50,436 nt of DNA from an uncultured Dehalococcoidales bacterium. Lineage in GTDB: Bacteria; Chloroflexota; Dehalococcoidia; GIF9; AB-539-J10. This document shows positions 8,033 through 18,004 of this stretch, one piece after another. The notes beneath the pieces were generated by a model. It did no database searches. It saw nothing but the letters and a program-made list of their open reading frames with translations, and was not told the DNA's origin. The stretch lies in the NCBI GenBank assembly GCA_964345725.1, contig CAYFSE010000098.1, forward strand, positions 1-50,436, read 5' to 3'. How positions within the stretch are numbered: position 1 is the stretch's first letter; each line of letters starts with the position of its first letter. The position numbers were made by a program, and so were the translations under genes.

Positions 8033-8179
8033 CTATTCCTCGTACTCTTCAGGGGTCTTCCTCTTCTTCTTGATTACCTCCACCTCCACCTGTGGCACGA
8101 GTGCCGATATCGGTTTACTTTTCTGCGTCCCTTTTTTGGGTTTCTTTGGCTCTCGTCGTCTATAGTCTCGTCTACCCAT
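8033..8179 (-). CDS. Candidate small basic protein (48 aa), unannotated by the ORF track
   Basis: The ATG at 8179-8177 overlaps the rnc stop (ATGGGTAG) and has GAGGTG 7 nt upstream. Translation: MGRRDYRRREPKKPKKGTQKSKPISALVPQVEVEVIKKKRKTPEEYEE. Its stop lies 4 nt before the radical SAM start, whose SD-like GAGGAA is inside this ORF. Confidence 0.35.
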   Translation of the reverse strand: MGRRDYRRREPKKPKKGTQKSKPISALVPQVEVEVIKKKRKTPEEYEE

Positions 8180-8894
8180 GGCTGCACCTCAATTTCTCCC
8201 AAGCTGCTCTTGCGGCTTGGCTCTCAACAGCTTTCTTGCTCCCTCCCATCCCTCTAGCCAATGCCTCCCCGTCGACCAGAATCTCGGCGGTGAACTGCTT
8301 GCTGTGGTCAGGACCAATGGTTTCCACTAAACGGTAAACTGGGGTCGGCCTTTTTTGTCCCTGGATGAACTCTTGCACTAGTGCCTTGTAGTTCGACAGT
8401 GTTTTTCCCGTCCTTATCTTTTCCAACTCCGGCTTGAGCTGTCTCAGAATGAATCTCCTAGCCTTGACAATCCCTTGGTCTAAATACAAAGCCCCCATCA
8501 GCGCTTCCGCAGCGTTTGCCAAGTTGCTTGGCTTCGCCCTACCCCCACTTAATTCTTCGCCTCGTCCTAACAAGAGCCAGTCGCCAAGTTCGAGCGAAGA
8601 AGCCAGTTCAGCCAAGGTCTCGCGGCAGACCAAAGAAGCACGAATCTCGGTTAACTCTCCCTCAGACAGTTCTGCAAACTCTTTATACAGCTCCTCTGTC
8701 ACGACGAAATTCAGGACAGCATCACCTAGAAACTCCAGGCGCTCGTTACCAGGACGGGCAAAATTGAGATTCTCGTTACGATAAGATGAATGCACGAAAG
8801 CCTGCTCCAGCAAAGACCGGTGGCGGAACGATATTCCTAGTTTACTCTGGCAATCATTCCAATCAGGCATTTTCAGAATAGAGTATAGCAGCAA
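8172..8894 (-). CDS. rnc: Ribonuclease III
   Basis: 240-aa ORF with the RNase III signature ERLEFLGDAVL and a C-terminal dsRBD-like region. The true start may be the internal Met (MPDWND). Confidence 0.92.
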   Translation of the reverse strand: MLLYSILKMPDWNDCQSKLGISFRHRSLLEQAFVHSSYRNENLNFARPGNERLEFLGDAVLNFVVTEELYKEFAELSEGELTEIRASLVCRETLAELASSLELGDWLLLGRGEELSGGRAKPSNLANAAEALMGALYLDQGIVKARRFILRQLKPELEKIRTGKTLSNYKALVQEFIQGQKRPTPVYRLVETIGPDHSKQFTAEILVDGEALARGMGGSKKAVESQAARAAWEKLRCSHG

Positions 8895-9038
8895 CCCTTA
8901 GCTAGCTCAACTTGTGGCCTTCCCCCGGTGCCCGTGCCATCAGGCAAAGAATTGCCCCGGCTGCTCGTCGCAAATCACCTTGGGGCTTTCGGCCGTAGTC
9001 AGAAGCGCATTTTGCACACGCGACGCTTTATAGTTCTG

Positions 9039-10547
9039 TTAGTTGGTCTTGGTGTAGATCGGAGGAATCCGGTCAGACCATGGTTTCGCCTTTTCCAGTT
9101 GACTCGCCAAACGGAATAGAGTTGCTTCGTCACCATACCGGCCGACGAATTGCATGCCGATCGGCAGCCCCGCATCATTCCAGTACAGTGGGACTGACAT
9201 AGCTGGCTGACCCGTAACATTAAACAGTGACGTATAAGGCATGAACTCATAGGTGTGTTGAGAAAGGATCTCCAGCTCATCGCGCCTATCGATCAACTCA
9301 CCAGTACTAAGTTTATCAAATAATTCCTCCATGCCTGCACGTTGAGTTTCTTTGGGGCTGAAAGTACCTGTAACCAGTGGCGGCTGGGACAGGGTAGGTG
9401 TCAGTAGGACATCATACTCCTGGAAGAACCAGCCAATTTGTCGTGCCGTTCGGTGCAATAAGTTCAGAGATCTCGAAAAGTCAGGTGCCGAGAACTGTTT
9501 GCCAAGCAAGCCGAGACGCCACGTGCCAGATTCAAACTCCTCGCGCGAAGCTGTGCGTTTCAGTATCACTTCACTCTCTTCAATTGCAGCTCTAGTTTCA
9601 ACACAGAGCATCACTGTGAATGCTCTAATGAATGCCGTTCTATCCAACTGAGGCGCAGCTTCCACTACCACATGGCCCAGGTCCTGGCATAGCCCAGCGG
9701 TCGCCTCCAGCCCTTTCACACAATCTTTGTCAACGATGGCACCAAGAAAAGGCTTTGATGTAAAGGCAATTCGCAACTGTTCTGGGTCGATGCCAACTTC
9801 GTTCAGGAAGGGACGCACTGGTGGTGGGGCATAGTAGAGGGCGCCGACATCTGGTCCGGCGGTGGCATCGAGCATGGCGGCACAATCGCCAACTGAACGA
9901 GTCAGGACATGTTGACAAACTAAGCCACGCCAAGCCTCTCCAATGTCAGGTCCTACTGGGTTGCGACCCCGGGTTGGCTTAAGACCGAACACACCACAGC
10001 AAGAAGCTGGTATTCGAATTGAACCGCCACCGTCACTGGCATGGGCTAAGGGTACTATGCGTGCGGCTACGGCGGCAGCCGAGCCACCACTGGAACCACC
10101 TGGAGTACGGGCCAAATCCCAGGGATTGTTCGTAGGGCCAAACAATTCTGGTTCAGTCACTGGCACCAGACCAAATTCCGGAGTGTTGGTCTTACCAACA
10201 ATAACAACGCCAGCCATTTTGAACCGCTTGACCATCTCACTATCATGGTCTGGTACGAAGTCTCTGAGAAACCGACTACCACTCGTCAGGGGAACCCCGG
10301 CAAAAGCCATGCCTATATCTTTCATCAGGAAGGGAATACCTTTGAAAGGACTGTCTGGTAGCTCGCTATCGGCGGCTTTTCGAGCCAACTCGTACATCTT
10401 GCAGATTACTGCGTTCAATTGTGGATTGAGCTTTTCAATGCGACTTATTGCCTCTTCAATTAACTCGCTTGGCTTGACTTCTCTCCTTCGCACGAGCTCA
10501 GCCAAGCCAAGACCATCATACTTGTCATAGTCACTGAAGCCACTCAC
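9039..10547 (-). CDS. Amidase (amidase-signature family)
   Basis: 502-aa ORF with the [12 protein letters not shown] signature. GTG start preceded by AAGGAGGA with 6-nt spacing. Confidence 0.9.
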   Translation of the reverse strand: MSGFSDYDKYDGLGLAELVRRREVKPSELIEEAISRIEKLNPQLNAVICKMYELARKAADSELPDSPFKGIPFLMKDIGMAFAGVPLTSGSRFLRDFVPDHDSEMVKRFKMAGVVIVGKTNTPEFGLVPVTEPELFGPTNNPWDLARTPGGSSGGSAAAVAARIVPLAHASDGGGSIRIPASCCGVFGLKPTRGRNPVGPDIGEAWRGLVCQHVLTRSVGDCAAMLDATAGPDVGALYYAPPPVRPFLNEVGIDPEQLRIAFTSKPFLGAIVDKDCVKGLEATAGLCQDLGHVVVEAAPQLDRTAFIRAFTVMLCVETRAAIEESEVILKRTASREEFESGTWRLGLLGKQFSAPDFSRSLNLLHRTARQIGWFFQEYDVLLTPTLSQPPLVTGTFSPKETQRAGMEELFDKLSTGELIDRRDELEILSQHTYEFMPYTSLFNVTGQPAMSVPLYWNDAGLPIGMQFVGRYGDEATLFRLASQLEKAKPWSDRIPPIYTKTN

Positions 10548-10622
10548 AATAATCCTCCTTGCCTACTGCTATGGATGCTGTTCAAGGATTGTGTCTTATG
10601 AATCAAGCACCTACAGAAATCT

Positions 10623-10659
10623 GGAAACATCATATCACTACGAATTTCGTCATGACAAT
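10623..10659 (-). promoter_or_regulatory. Conserved promoter/operator element, copy A (upstream of the amidase gene)
   Basis: The minus strand reads TTGTCA-18 nt-TATGAT, with a TG giving an extended -10 (TGATATGAT). 32 of 37 positions are identical to copy B at 13878-13914, counted by hand. Confidence 0.5.
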
Positions 10660-10811
10660 TACTGGCTATCAAGGCGTTGGTTGCCTAGCAAGGACCTGGT
10701 GCTTGGCTTTGCCTGACTTTGGGAATGCCTTCACGCCGTATTTCACGGCTTATCGATGCACTTAGTCAGCTAAAGACTCATCACTGCGTCAGCAGCGTGA
10801 AAATAGAGGAT

Positions 10812-12545
10812 TCACCCCCATCCTTTAAGCCTATAATAGTCAGATAGCATCTTCCCAAAGTCAGCCCTTGGAAGCAATTTGCCACTGTCCTGAAGCCTCT
10901 CTTCAAAGAATCTCTTTGGCAACACGTCATCCGTCCTCTTCACCCCCTCGCGCAGGTTAAATTCTCTAGCCTTACCCGTAATATTCGAAGCTGTCATCTG
11001 TAATCGCTTCTTGTCTAGCTTCATTCCTGTGGTTGCATGTATGAGCACCGAGATCGCCTCCCAGGGGTACAAATCTCTGAAGAAGCGACAGATGATCAGC
11101 GAGTCAAACAGTGTATGCCTGTCTTCAAAGTCAATCACCATCTCTGCCTTGCCCTCAATTTGGTCTGGAGACATCATCCCTGAGAGCTCTGCTTTGTAGA
11201 AAGTTGCCCTTAAGTGACATGCCCCTCTATCTGAGGTGGCATATGCCAACCCCATCCCTTTTAGAACCCTCGGTTCATACCCAGCAGGCTCCATTCCTTT
11301 AACGTGAATAGCCAAATCTTCCAAGCCCCATTTCTTGCTCGCATACCTTATGCCTTCAGCCAGAATAGCTCCTATTCCCTTTTTTTGGCAGATTCTGTCT
11401 AACAGTCTAGCTATCCGCTCGGCATCGCCATATTCAATCTTCTCATCTATTGCTCCTCGCCGGGAAGCCTCCATAGCGAAGGCGACAAGATTACCGGCAG
11501 TTATGGTATCCATGCCTAGCCTATCGCATATATCGTTAAGGTAGGCAATCTCTCTGATATCATCAATAAGGCAAAGTCCGCCAAAGGCGTAAATGGTTTC
11601 ATATTCAGGCCCTTCAATTATCAAGCCTCTATGTCTTCCATCAATGATTTCTGTCAGGTTACCGCAAGCCAGAAAACACTTGGGGCACGCCCTTGGTCTA
11701 ACCCTGCATTTCTGTAGCAAGGCATCGGCACATATGCCTTGCCACTTATCAAATGTCCCGGCGGTCCAATACTTGGTCGGAAAGGCGCCAGCAATGTTCA
11801 CTGCCGCTACCAGCATAGGTGTACCCAATTTTCTATAGGCTATAGCTCCCGCATCTGTTTTGGCCTTGCTGGCGCTGTCTCTCCATAACTGGTCGAGCAG
11901 CTCTGGTTTGGCTACCTTTCGCGTTATGTTCCCATGAAAAGCGACTGCCTTGATCTTCTTTGAGCCCAGCACGGCCCCGGTTCCAGTCCTGCCCAATGAT
12001 CTCCAGTAGTTGTTTTCAATTACAGCAAACCTTACGAGGTTCTCACCGGCTGGCCCGATAACCGCGATCCCGGCATCTCTTATCCCAATCTCTTCTCGAA
12101 CGGCATCTTCAGTTGCATAGGTATCCTTGCCCCAGATATGTGAGGCGTCATGAAACCTCACATTTCTATTGGAAATCTCGAGATAGACAGGTTCTCTGGA
12201 AGCTCCCTTGATTACGATGGCGTCATAGCCGCTTCGGCTTATTTGTTCAGCCACGCTACCACCAGCGTAAGACTCACTGAATATGTAGGTTAGAGGGGAT
12301 TTGGTAAATGCTCCGTATCTGGATGAGCCAAACACTCTGGTGTCTGTAACTGGTCCTACGGCAAAAACAATCACATTGTCCTCACAGAAAGGGTCAAGCC
12401 CTGCTTTGGTATTGTTGAGTAAAAGGTAAGCACCCAGCCCCTTTCCCGCCAGGAGTTCCTCATAGACTTTGTCACTAATGGGTTCTTCTTCAAACGACTT
12501 CTGGTTGAGATTGATGTGTAACACCGAATTATGGAAAGATTTCAT
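10812..12545 (-). CDS. aor: Aldehyde:ferredoxin oxidoreductase (tungsten/molybdopterin AOR family)
   Basis: 577-aa ORF. The AOR N-domain start is MKSFHNSVLHINLNQKSFEEE..., with the catalytic-domain motifs EGPEYETIYAFGGLC, LGMDTITAGNLVAF and SDRGACHL. Confidence 0.92.
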   Translation of the reverse strand: MKSFHNSVLHINLNQKSFEEEPISDKVYEELLAGKGLGAYLLLNNTKAGLDPFCEDNVIVFAVGPVTDTRVFGSSRYGAFTKSPLTYIFSESYAGGSVAEQISRSGYDAIVIKGASREPVYLEISNRNVRFHDASHIWGKDTYATEDAVREEIGIRDAGIAVIGPAGENLVRFAVIENNYWRSLGRTGTGAVLGSKKIKAVAFHGNITRKVAKPELLDQLWRDSASKAKTDAGAIAYRKLGTPMLVAAVNIAGAFPTKYWTAGTFDKWQGICADALLQKCRVRPRACPKCFLACGNLTEIIDGRHRGLIIEGPEYETIYAFGGLCLIDDIREIAYLNDICDRLGMDTITAGNLVAFAMEASRRGAIDEKIEYGDAERIARLLDRICQKKGIGAILAEGIRYASKKWGLEDLAIHVKGMEPAGYEPRVLKGMGLAYATSDRGACHLRATFYKAELSGMMSPDQIEGKAEMVIDFEDRHTLFDSLIICRFFRDLYPWEAISVLIHATTGMKLDKKRLQMTASNITGKAREFNLREGVKRTDDVLPKRFFEERLQDSGKLLPRADFGKMLSDYYRLKGWG

Positions 12546-12581
12546 TTTCGTTGCCCGTTGGCGATTAACTGCTGCTCTATC

Positions 12582-13736
12582 CTACCAAGCATTCCTCCAA
12601 ATGCTCCGGACGTCATCCAGTGTGAGTTTCTTGGGGTTATTAGCCAGCAAACGAGTAACATCCATTGTGGCAACAGCCATCCCTTCCAGTGCTTCTTCAG
12701 GTACGCCTAGGTCCCGAAGACGTAGGGGGATACCAATATCCGCGACAAGCACCTTGACAGCTTTCACTCCTCGCTCTGCTCCTTCCCGAAGAGACAGTCC
12801 CTCTGTCTTCTCTGATAACATCTGGGCAACCACAGCATACTTGTGGAGATTCGCAGGCAGGTTCCATTCCATAACATAGGGGAGAAGGAGTCCGTTGGCT
12901 ACGCCGTGCCTCGTGTGAAACCGTGCACCGAGTGAGTAGGCCAGCGCGTGAACAGCTGCCACACCAGCGTTGCCGAAGGCAATACCAGCTAAGAGTGCTC
13001 CTTCAGACATGTGGTTACGGGCCTCTTCATCGGAACCATCATTGACAGCGGTTCTAAGGCTGCCCACAATGAGCCTCATGGCGTCAAGAGCTAGGGCATC
13101 GGTGAGAGTGTTGGACCTGATGCTAGTGTAGGATTCAATAGCATGGACAAGGGCATCTATCCCAGCGGCTGCCGTGACTCCTGCTGGACATCCATAAGTA
13201 AGAGTAGGGTCAACAAAGGCCGCCTGTGCCAATATATACGGGCTTACTATTCCAAGCTTAAGTCCCTTATCTGGATCACCAAAGATGGCGATATTGGTTA
13301 CTTCGCTTCCTGTCCCGGCTGTGGTCGGAATCGCAAAAAGGGGAATGCCGGGTCCGGGAACCCTACCAACACCGACGTAATCTTGAGCCTTTCCAGCATG
13401 TGCTAACAGAATTGAAAGTCCCTTCGCCGTGTCCATACTTGAGCCTCCGCCAACACCCACCAATAAGTCGAACCCACCCTTTGTAAGCGCCTTGGCTGCA
13501 ACATTTAACCTGGGTAGTGTTGGTTCAGGTTCTGATTCGGAGAAAAGTTCTACCGATAGCCCGGCACTGGCTAGCTGGTCTTTAACCGGCTGTGTTAAAC
13601 CGGACCGGCAGACTGCACGATCAGTGACGATGAGAGCTCTTTTGACGCCAAGCCTACTAGCCTCATCCCCAATAGTATTGAGAGCTCCCACACCGAAGCA
13701 GATTATTCGGGGTAGTGTAATCTGATACATCTTCAA
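12582..13736 (-). CDS. Iron-containing alcohol dehydrogenase
   Basis: 384-aa ORF with GGGSSMDTAKG and His-rich metal-site regions (HAIESY, HALAY). It lies 36 bp upstream of aor on the same strand, so they probably form an operon. Confidence 0.9.
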   Translation of the reverse strand: MKMYQITLPRIICFGVGALNTIGDEASRLGVKRALIVTDRAVCRSGLTQPVKDQLASAGLSVELFSESEPEPTLPRLNVAAKALTKGGFDLLVGVGGGSSMDTAKGLSILLAHAGKAQDYVGVGRVPGPGIPLFAIPTTAGTGSEVTNIAIFGDPDKGLKLGIVSPYILAQAAFVDPTLTYGCPAGVTAAAGIDALVHAIESYTSIRSNTLTDALALDAMRLIVGSLRTAVNDGSDEEARNHMSEGALLAGIAFGNAGVAAVHALAYSLGARFHTRHGVANGLLLPYVMEWNLPANLHKYAVVAQMLSEKTEGLSLREGAERGVKAVKVLVADIGIPLRLRDLGVPEEALEGMAVATMDVTRLLANNPKKLTLDDVRSIWRNAW

Positions 13737-13877
13737 ACCTATAATTCGCCTCCTTTGCTTTCATTATCTATCGTTCTATTTGTTTTCTTCTCACCGTCGG
13801 TTATTAGAAGATTCCACAAGCCCAAATGAATCAAACAACCAAGTGTTTCTTGATGAATGAGGCAGCGGCGACAATTC

Positions 13878-13914
13878 GGAAACATCATATCACTTCGAAT
13901 TGCGTCCCAACAAT
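13878..13914 (-). promoter_or_regulatory. Conserved promoter/operator element, copy B (upstream of the ADH-AOR operon)
   Basis: The minus strand has TGATATGAT (extended -10) with TTGTTG 18 nt upstream. 32 of 37 positions are identical to copy A, and weaker similarity continues into the leader. Confidence 0.5.
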
Positions 13915-14095
13915 CACCAGTGATTGAGGACCTATTCACATGGCGAAGAAACGAACATTTTCCTGTGGTCAGGGCCTTGCGACGAGTTTCGCTTCGTATG
14001 TTTCTAAAAGAGTAGCGCCTGTATTGCACACTCGTAATCCAGCCTGTCGCTCTTTGGGGCTTCTTCTGCAATGCTATAATACTTCTTCACTCCCC

Positions 14096-16288
14096 ATGGA
14101 TATCTTGGCCACGCTCAATCCTGCCCAAAGGGAAGCTGTGGAGGCCGTCAAAGGGCCTGTACTTATCCTGGCTGGACCCGGCAGCGGGAAGACCCGAGTG
14201 ATTGCCCACCGGGTGGCCTATCTAGTCAGAGTCTGCGGCATTAGTCCCCACCACATCATGGCCGTTACCTTCACCAACAAAGCCGCCAGAGAAATGAGAG
14301 AGAGATTAGAGGGACTCCTCGGGCAATCCATAGAAGCTCTGACGTTGGGCACTTTTCACGCCATCTGTGCTCGAATTCTCCGTCGTGAGGGCAAAGCCAT
14401 TGGCCTTGAGTCTAGCTTTGTTATCTACGATGAAGATGACCAGTTAAGGCTGGTGAAACAAGTCCTGGAAGAACTGAATCTTGATCCCAAGCAATATGCT
14501 CCTCAGGCTCTGCGCTCAGCCATCGACGCTGCTAAGAGCCGTCTCATTAGCCCCGAGGAGTACGGTAAGCGAGTCGGCAGCTATTTTGAGGAGATAGTCC
14601 ACAGACTTTATCAGCGCTATCAGCAATTGCTCAACCAGGGTCAGGCGGTGGATTTCGACGATTTGCTGATGAGGACGGTGCAGTTGTTCCGTGACCATCC
14701 TCAAATCCTGGCTAGATATCAGTCAAGGTATGTTCATATTTTGGTTGACGAATTCCAAGATACCAATATCGCCCAGTATGAGCTAATGAAGCAGCTGGCA
14801 GGAAAATATCGGAATCTGTGTGTGGTTGGCGATCCCGACCAGTCCATTTATTCCTGGAGATTCGCTGATTTGCGTAATATCCTCAGCTTTGAGAAGGACT
14901 ACCCCGAAGCTAAAGTGGTGTTTTTGGAGCAGAATTATCGCTCTACTAAGACAATCTTGGAGGTGGCTTCAGACGTTATCTCAGCCAATGCGCTACGCAA
15001 GCCCAAAAAGCTGTGGACAGACAACGAACATGGAATGCCGGTAGCGGTGATCGAAAGCTATAACGCTGAGGAAGAAGCTCAGTCCGTGGTCAACGAGATT
15101 GAGAAGCTTGTTGGCCAAGAGCAAATACCCCTCAAAGACTGCGCCGTCATGTATCGGGTTAATGCTCAATCACGAGCACTAGAGGAGACTTTCCTGAGGT
15201 ATGGTCTGCCTTACAGGCTTGTCGGCGGGACCCGGTTTTACCAGAGGCAAGAGGTCAAAGATATTATTGCCTACCTCAGAGTCATCCATAATCCGCAGGA
15301 CAATGTCAGTTTGCTTCGAATCATAAATGTGCCAGGTAGAGGCATTGGGCAAAAGACCATTAGCACGCTGCAATCCTGGGCGAAAGCTCATGATACGTTT
15401 CTTTTCGGGGGCCTAGAACAGTTGAGTCAGAATGCTGTTCCCGGCAAAGCGAAGCACTCTCTTCCCTCGCGTACTATCCAAGCCCTGGCTGGATTTTATG
15501 CTCTTGTGAGCGAACTCAGTACCCAGCGCCATCAAGTAAGCCTTTCTAGTCTAGTGGACGAGATATTGGAGCACACCGGGTATAGAGCATACATTCAGGA
15601 CAAAGAGGATGGAGAAGACCGGTGGGAGAACATAGTGGAGTTGCGCAACGTTGCCGGTGAATATGATGAGCTTGCCCCCGAAGAGGGCTTAACCACATTC
15701 TTGGAAAAGGTAAGCCTGGTATCCGACATAGATGAACTGGACGAAAAAGCTGATGCTGTCACTTTAATAACTTTGCATCAAGCCAAAGGCTTGGAGTTCC
15801 CCGCGGTTTTTATCGTTGGTCTGGAGGAAGGGATTCTTCCCCACAGGAGGTCCTTCGATGACCCTGAAGAAATGGAAGAAGAGCGCCGTCTTTGCTATGT
15901 GGGAATAACCAGAGCTAAGCACCGACTTTACCTTCTGCGTAGTTACCGTCGGAGCTTGTTTGGCAGCAGCACGGCAAACCCCCCCTCTCGCTTCCTCGAG
16001 GACATCTCACCCCACCTAACAAGCCCAAGAGGCCTATGGGACGAAAGCTCAATTCCTGTAGCTAGTGCCGATCCCCAGTCTTCACCGCGATCTGGCAGCA
16101 CTCCGACGCTCAAGGTTGGTGACCATGTCCGTCACAGCAAGTTCGGCCCCGGTATAGTGATGAATTGCAGTCCTACCAGGGACGACCAGGAGCTGACCGT
16201 AGTTTTCGAAGAGGCCGGGGTGAAAAAGCTCCTGGCCAGCCTGGCACCCCTGGAAAAAATCGACAGAGATTCAGATTTTGCCTCATAG
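14096..16288 (+). CDS. pcrA: ATP-dependent DNA helicase, UvrD/PcrA family
   Basis: Walker A GPGSGKT, DEFQDTN and the YRS/QNYRST motifs are present. The track ORF begins at 13940, but the homologous sequence starts at MDILATLNPAQREAV (ATG 14096). An extended -10 TGCTATAAT sits at 14072-14080. Confidence 0.9.
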   Translation: MDILATLNPAQREAVEAVKGPVLILAGPGSGKTRVIAHRVAYLVRVCGISPHHIMAVTFTNKAAREMRERLEGLLGQSIEALTLGTFHAICARILRREGKAIGLESSFVIYDEDDQLRLVKQVLEELNLDPKQYAPQALRSAIDAAKSRLISPEEYGKRVGSYFEEIVHRLYQRYQQLLNQGQAVDFDDLLMRTVQLFRDHPQILARYQSRYVHILVDEFQDTNIAQYELMKQLAGKYRNLCVVGDPDQSIYSWRFADLRNILSFEKDYPEAKVVFLEQNYRSTKTILEVASDVISANALRKPKKLWTDNEHGMPVAVIESYNAEEEAQSVVNEIEKLVGQEQIPLKDCAVMYRVNAQSRALEETFLRYGLPYRLVGGTRFYQRQEVKDIIAYLRVIHNPQDNVSLLRIINVPGRGIGQKTISTLQSWAKAHDTFLFGGLEQLSQNAVPGKAKHSLPSRTIQALAGFYALVSELSTQRHQVSLSSLVDEILEHTGYRAYIQDKEDGEDRWENIVELRNVAGEYDELAPEEGLTTFLEKVSLVSDIDELDEKADAVTLITLHQAKGLEFPAVFIVGLEEGILPHRRSFDDPEEMEEERRLCYVGITRAKHRLYLLRSYRRSLFGSSTANPPSRFLEDISPHLTSPRGLWDESSIPVASADPQSSPRSGSTPTLKVGDHVRHSKFGPGIVMNCSPTRDDQELTVVFEEAGVKKLLASLAPLEKIDRDSDFAS

Positions 16289-16330
16289 TCTATTGACAGA
16301 ATACACGTAACCGTGTAAACTAAGTTACAG

Positions 16331-18004
16331 ATGGCGATTAAGGTCCTAGCAACTGAGGTAGTCTCCAAGATTGCTGCCGGCGAGGTGATTGAGAGGCCGG
16401 CCTCGGTGGTCAAGGAGCTGATCGAGAATTCCCTCGACGCCGGAACCACTCAAATCGCCGTAGAAGCTCAGGGTGGCGGAGTAGAGCTAATCAAGGTAAG
16501 CGATAACGGGGTGGGTATTTCATCGTCGGAGATGGAGCTTGCCTTTCACAGATATGCCACAAGCAAGATTGGTAGCTTAGGCGATTTGGAGAAAATCTCC
16601 AGCCTGGGCTTTCGAGGTGAAGCCTTGCCCAGTATCGCGGCTGTCGCTGAAGTGGAAATCCTCACGCAAACACCCTCGGAGACCGTAGCCAGCTACATGT
16701 GTTTCAGACAGGGTCAGGTGGTCCGCAAGGAAAGCCGCGCCAGGCCACAGGGCACTACAGTCACCGTGCACCGACTGTTTCGCTATTTTCCCGCCCGACT
16801 TAAGTTTCTCAAATCGGGAAATACCGAAAACAGCCACATCGCGCATATGGTAAGCCAGTACGCTCTGGCTTTCCCGGAGGTTAAGTTTACCCTGGTTCTT
16901 GACAAGCGTCGGAGCCTGCACACTACAGGCAATGGCGACTTGCGTGAGGTAGTAAGCGAAATATATGATCGCGAGCTAGCGCAACGGATGCTAGAAGTGG
17001 AGCAAAAGGACGCCCTGGCTAAGGTCAGCGGCCTAATAAGCCCCCCTTCCCTAGTTCGTTCCAGTCGCAACTATCTCAGCTTCTTCGTCAACCGAAGGTG
17101 GGTGCACAGTCCGTCGCTAACCCGGGCAACGGAGGAAGCATATCATGGCTTACTCATGAACGGACAGCATCCCATTGCTGTAATCAATATCTCCCTTCTA
17201 CCTCAGGAGCTTGATGTCAATGTTCATCCTGCGAAGGCCCGGATAAAGTTTCACCAGGAGCAAGCTGTCTTCGCCAGTGTCCGGAAAGCCCTAGAAGAGG
17301 CACTAGCCAAAACGCCTATAGCCAGCTCAAGAGCTGTGTCTTTCCAAGTGAACTCAAAACGATGGGAGAAACCCCGTATGATAATGGATGACGAGCCCGT
17401 CTTTGCCGTCGCCCAGTTGCCGAGTTTGGAACTACCAGTTTTGAGGGTATTGGGGCAGCTAGCCAACACTTACATTATCGGCGAAGGACCAGACGGACTC
17501 TACCTCATCGACCAGCACGCTGCTCATGAGCGTATACTCTACGACCGGATTCTGGCACAGTCTTCCCGAAAGGAAGTCGAAGTCCAGGGCTTGCTCCAGC
17601 CCATAACCATCGAATTCAGCCCTAGAGAGGAAGAGATCATGAGGGCTAGCAAAGAATTCTTGGCCGACTTCGGCTTCACCATCGATCCTTTCGGAAATAG
17701 GAGCTACCTGATACGTGCCATTCCGTCACTACTGGCCGGAGCAAGCGTTGTTGAGATGATGGGTGCGCTGCTTGAGAGCCTTGCCGCCAAGCGGGATCCC
17801 AATCTTCAGGAGGAAAGGATAGCTCAATCCTTAGCCTGCCAAGGTGCGATCAGAGCTGGACAACAGCTAAGCAACGAAGAAATGAAAGAACTCATAAAGC
17901 AACTGGAGCACACCAAGCAACCACGCACTTGCCCACATGGCCGGCCAACTATGATTCATTTAAGTTCTCATCGACTAGAGAAGGAGTTTGGCAGGCTAGG
18001 TTAG
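16331..18004 (+). CDS. mutL: DNA mismatch repair protein MutL
   Basis: 557-aa ORF. The GHKL ATPase N-terminus is VVKELIENSLDAG, and the C-terminal endonuclease-type motif is DQHAAHERILY. Confidence 0.93.
   Translation: MAIKVLATEVVSKIAAGEVIERPASVVKELIENSLDAGTTQIAVEAQGGGVELIKVSDNGVGISSSEMELAFHRYATSKIGSLGDLEKISSLGFRGEALPSIAAVAEVEILTQTPSETVASYMCFRQGQVVRKESRARPQGTTVTVHRLFRYFPARLKFLKSGNTENSHIAHMVSQYALAFPEVKFTLVLDKRRSLHTTGNGDLREVVSEIYDRELAQRMLEVEQKDALAKVSGLISPPSLVRSSRNYLSFFVNRRWVHSPSLTRATEEAYHGLLMNGQHPIAVINISLLPQELDVNVHPAKARIKFHQEQAVFASVRKALEEALAKTPIASSRAVSFQVNSKRWEKPRMIMDDEPVFAVAQLPSLELPVLRVLGQLANTYIIGEGPDGLYLIDQHAAHERILYDRILAQSSRKEVEVQGLLQPITIEFSPREEEIMRASKEFLADFGFTIDPFGNRSYLIRAIPSLLAGASVVEMMGALLESLAAKRDPNLQEERIAQSLACQGAIRAGQQLSNEEMKELIKQLEHTKQPRTCPHGRPTMIHLSSHRLEKEFGRLG

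Noticed and set aside
13739-14071. 110-aa minus-strand ORF in the adh-pcrA intergenic region, and the 68-aa plus-strand ORF at 10559-10765.
   Set aside because: Both cover the duplicated promoter/leader element. The conservation between the two copies is at the nucleotide level and is not in a common reading frame. No SD is present, and the translations show no motifs.
13940-14095. 52-codon N-terminal extension of the pcrA ORF given by the track.
   Set aside because: Homology to UvrD/PcrA begins at the Met at 14096. The extension is Cys/Ser/Arg-rich and contains a perfect extended -10 (TGCTATAAT, 14072-14080), which would be the promoter for the shorter gene.
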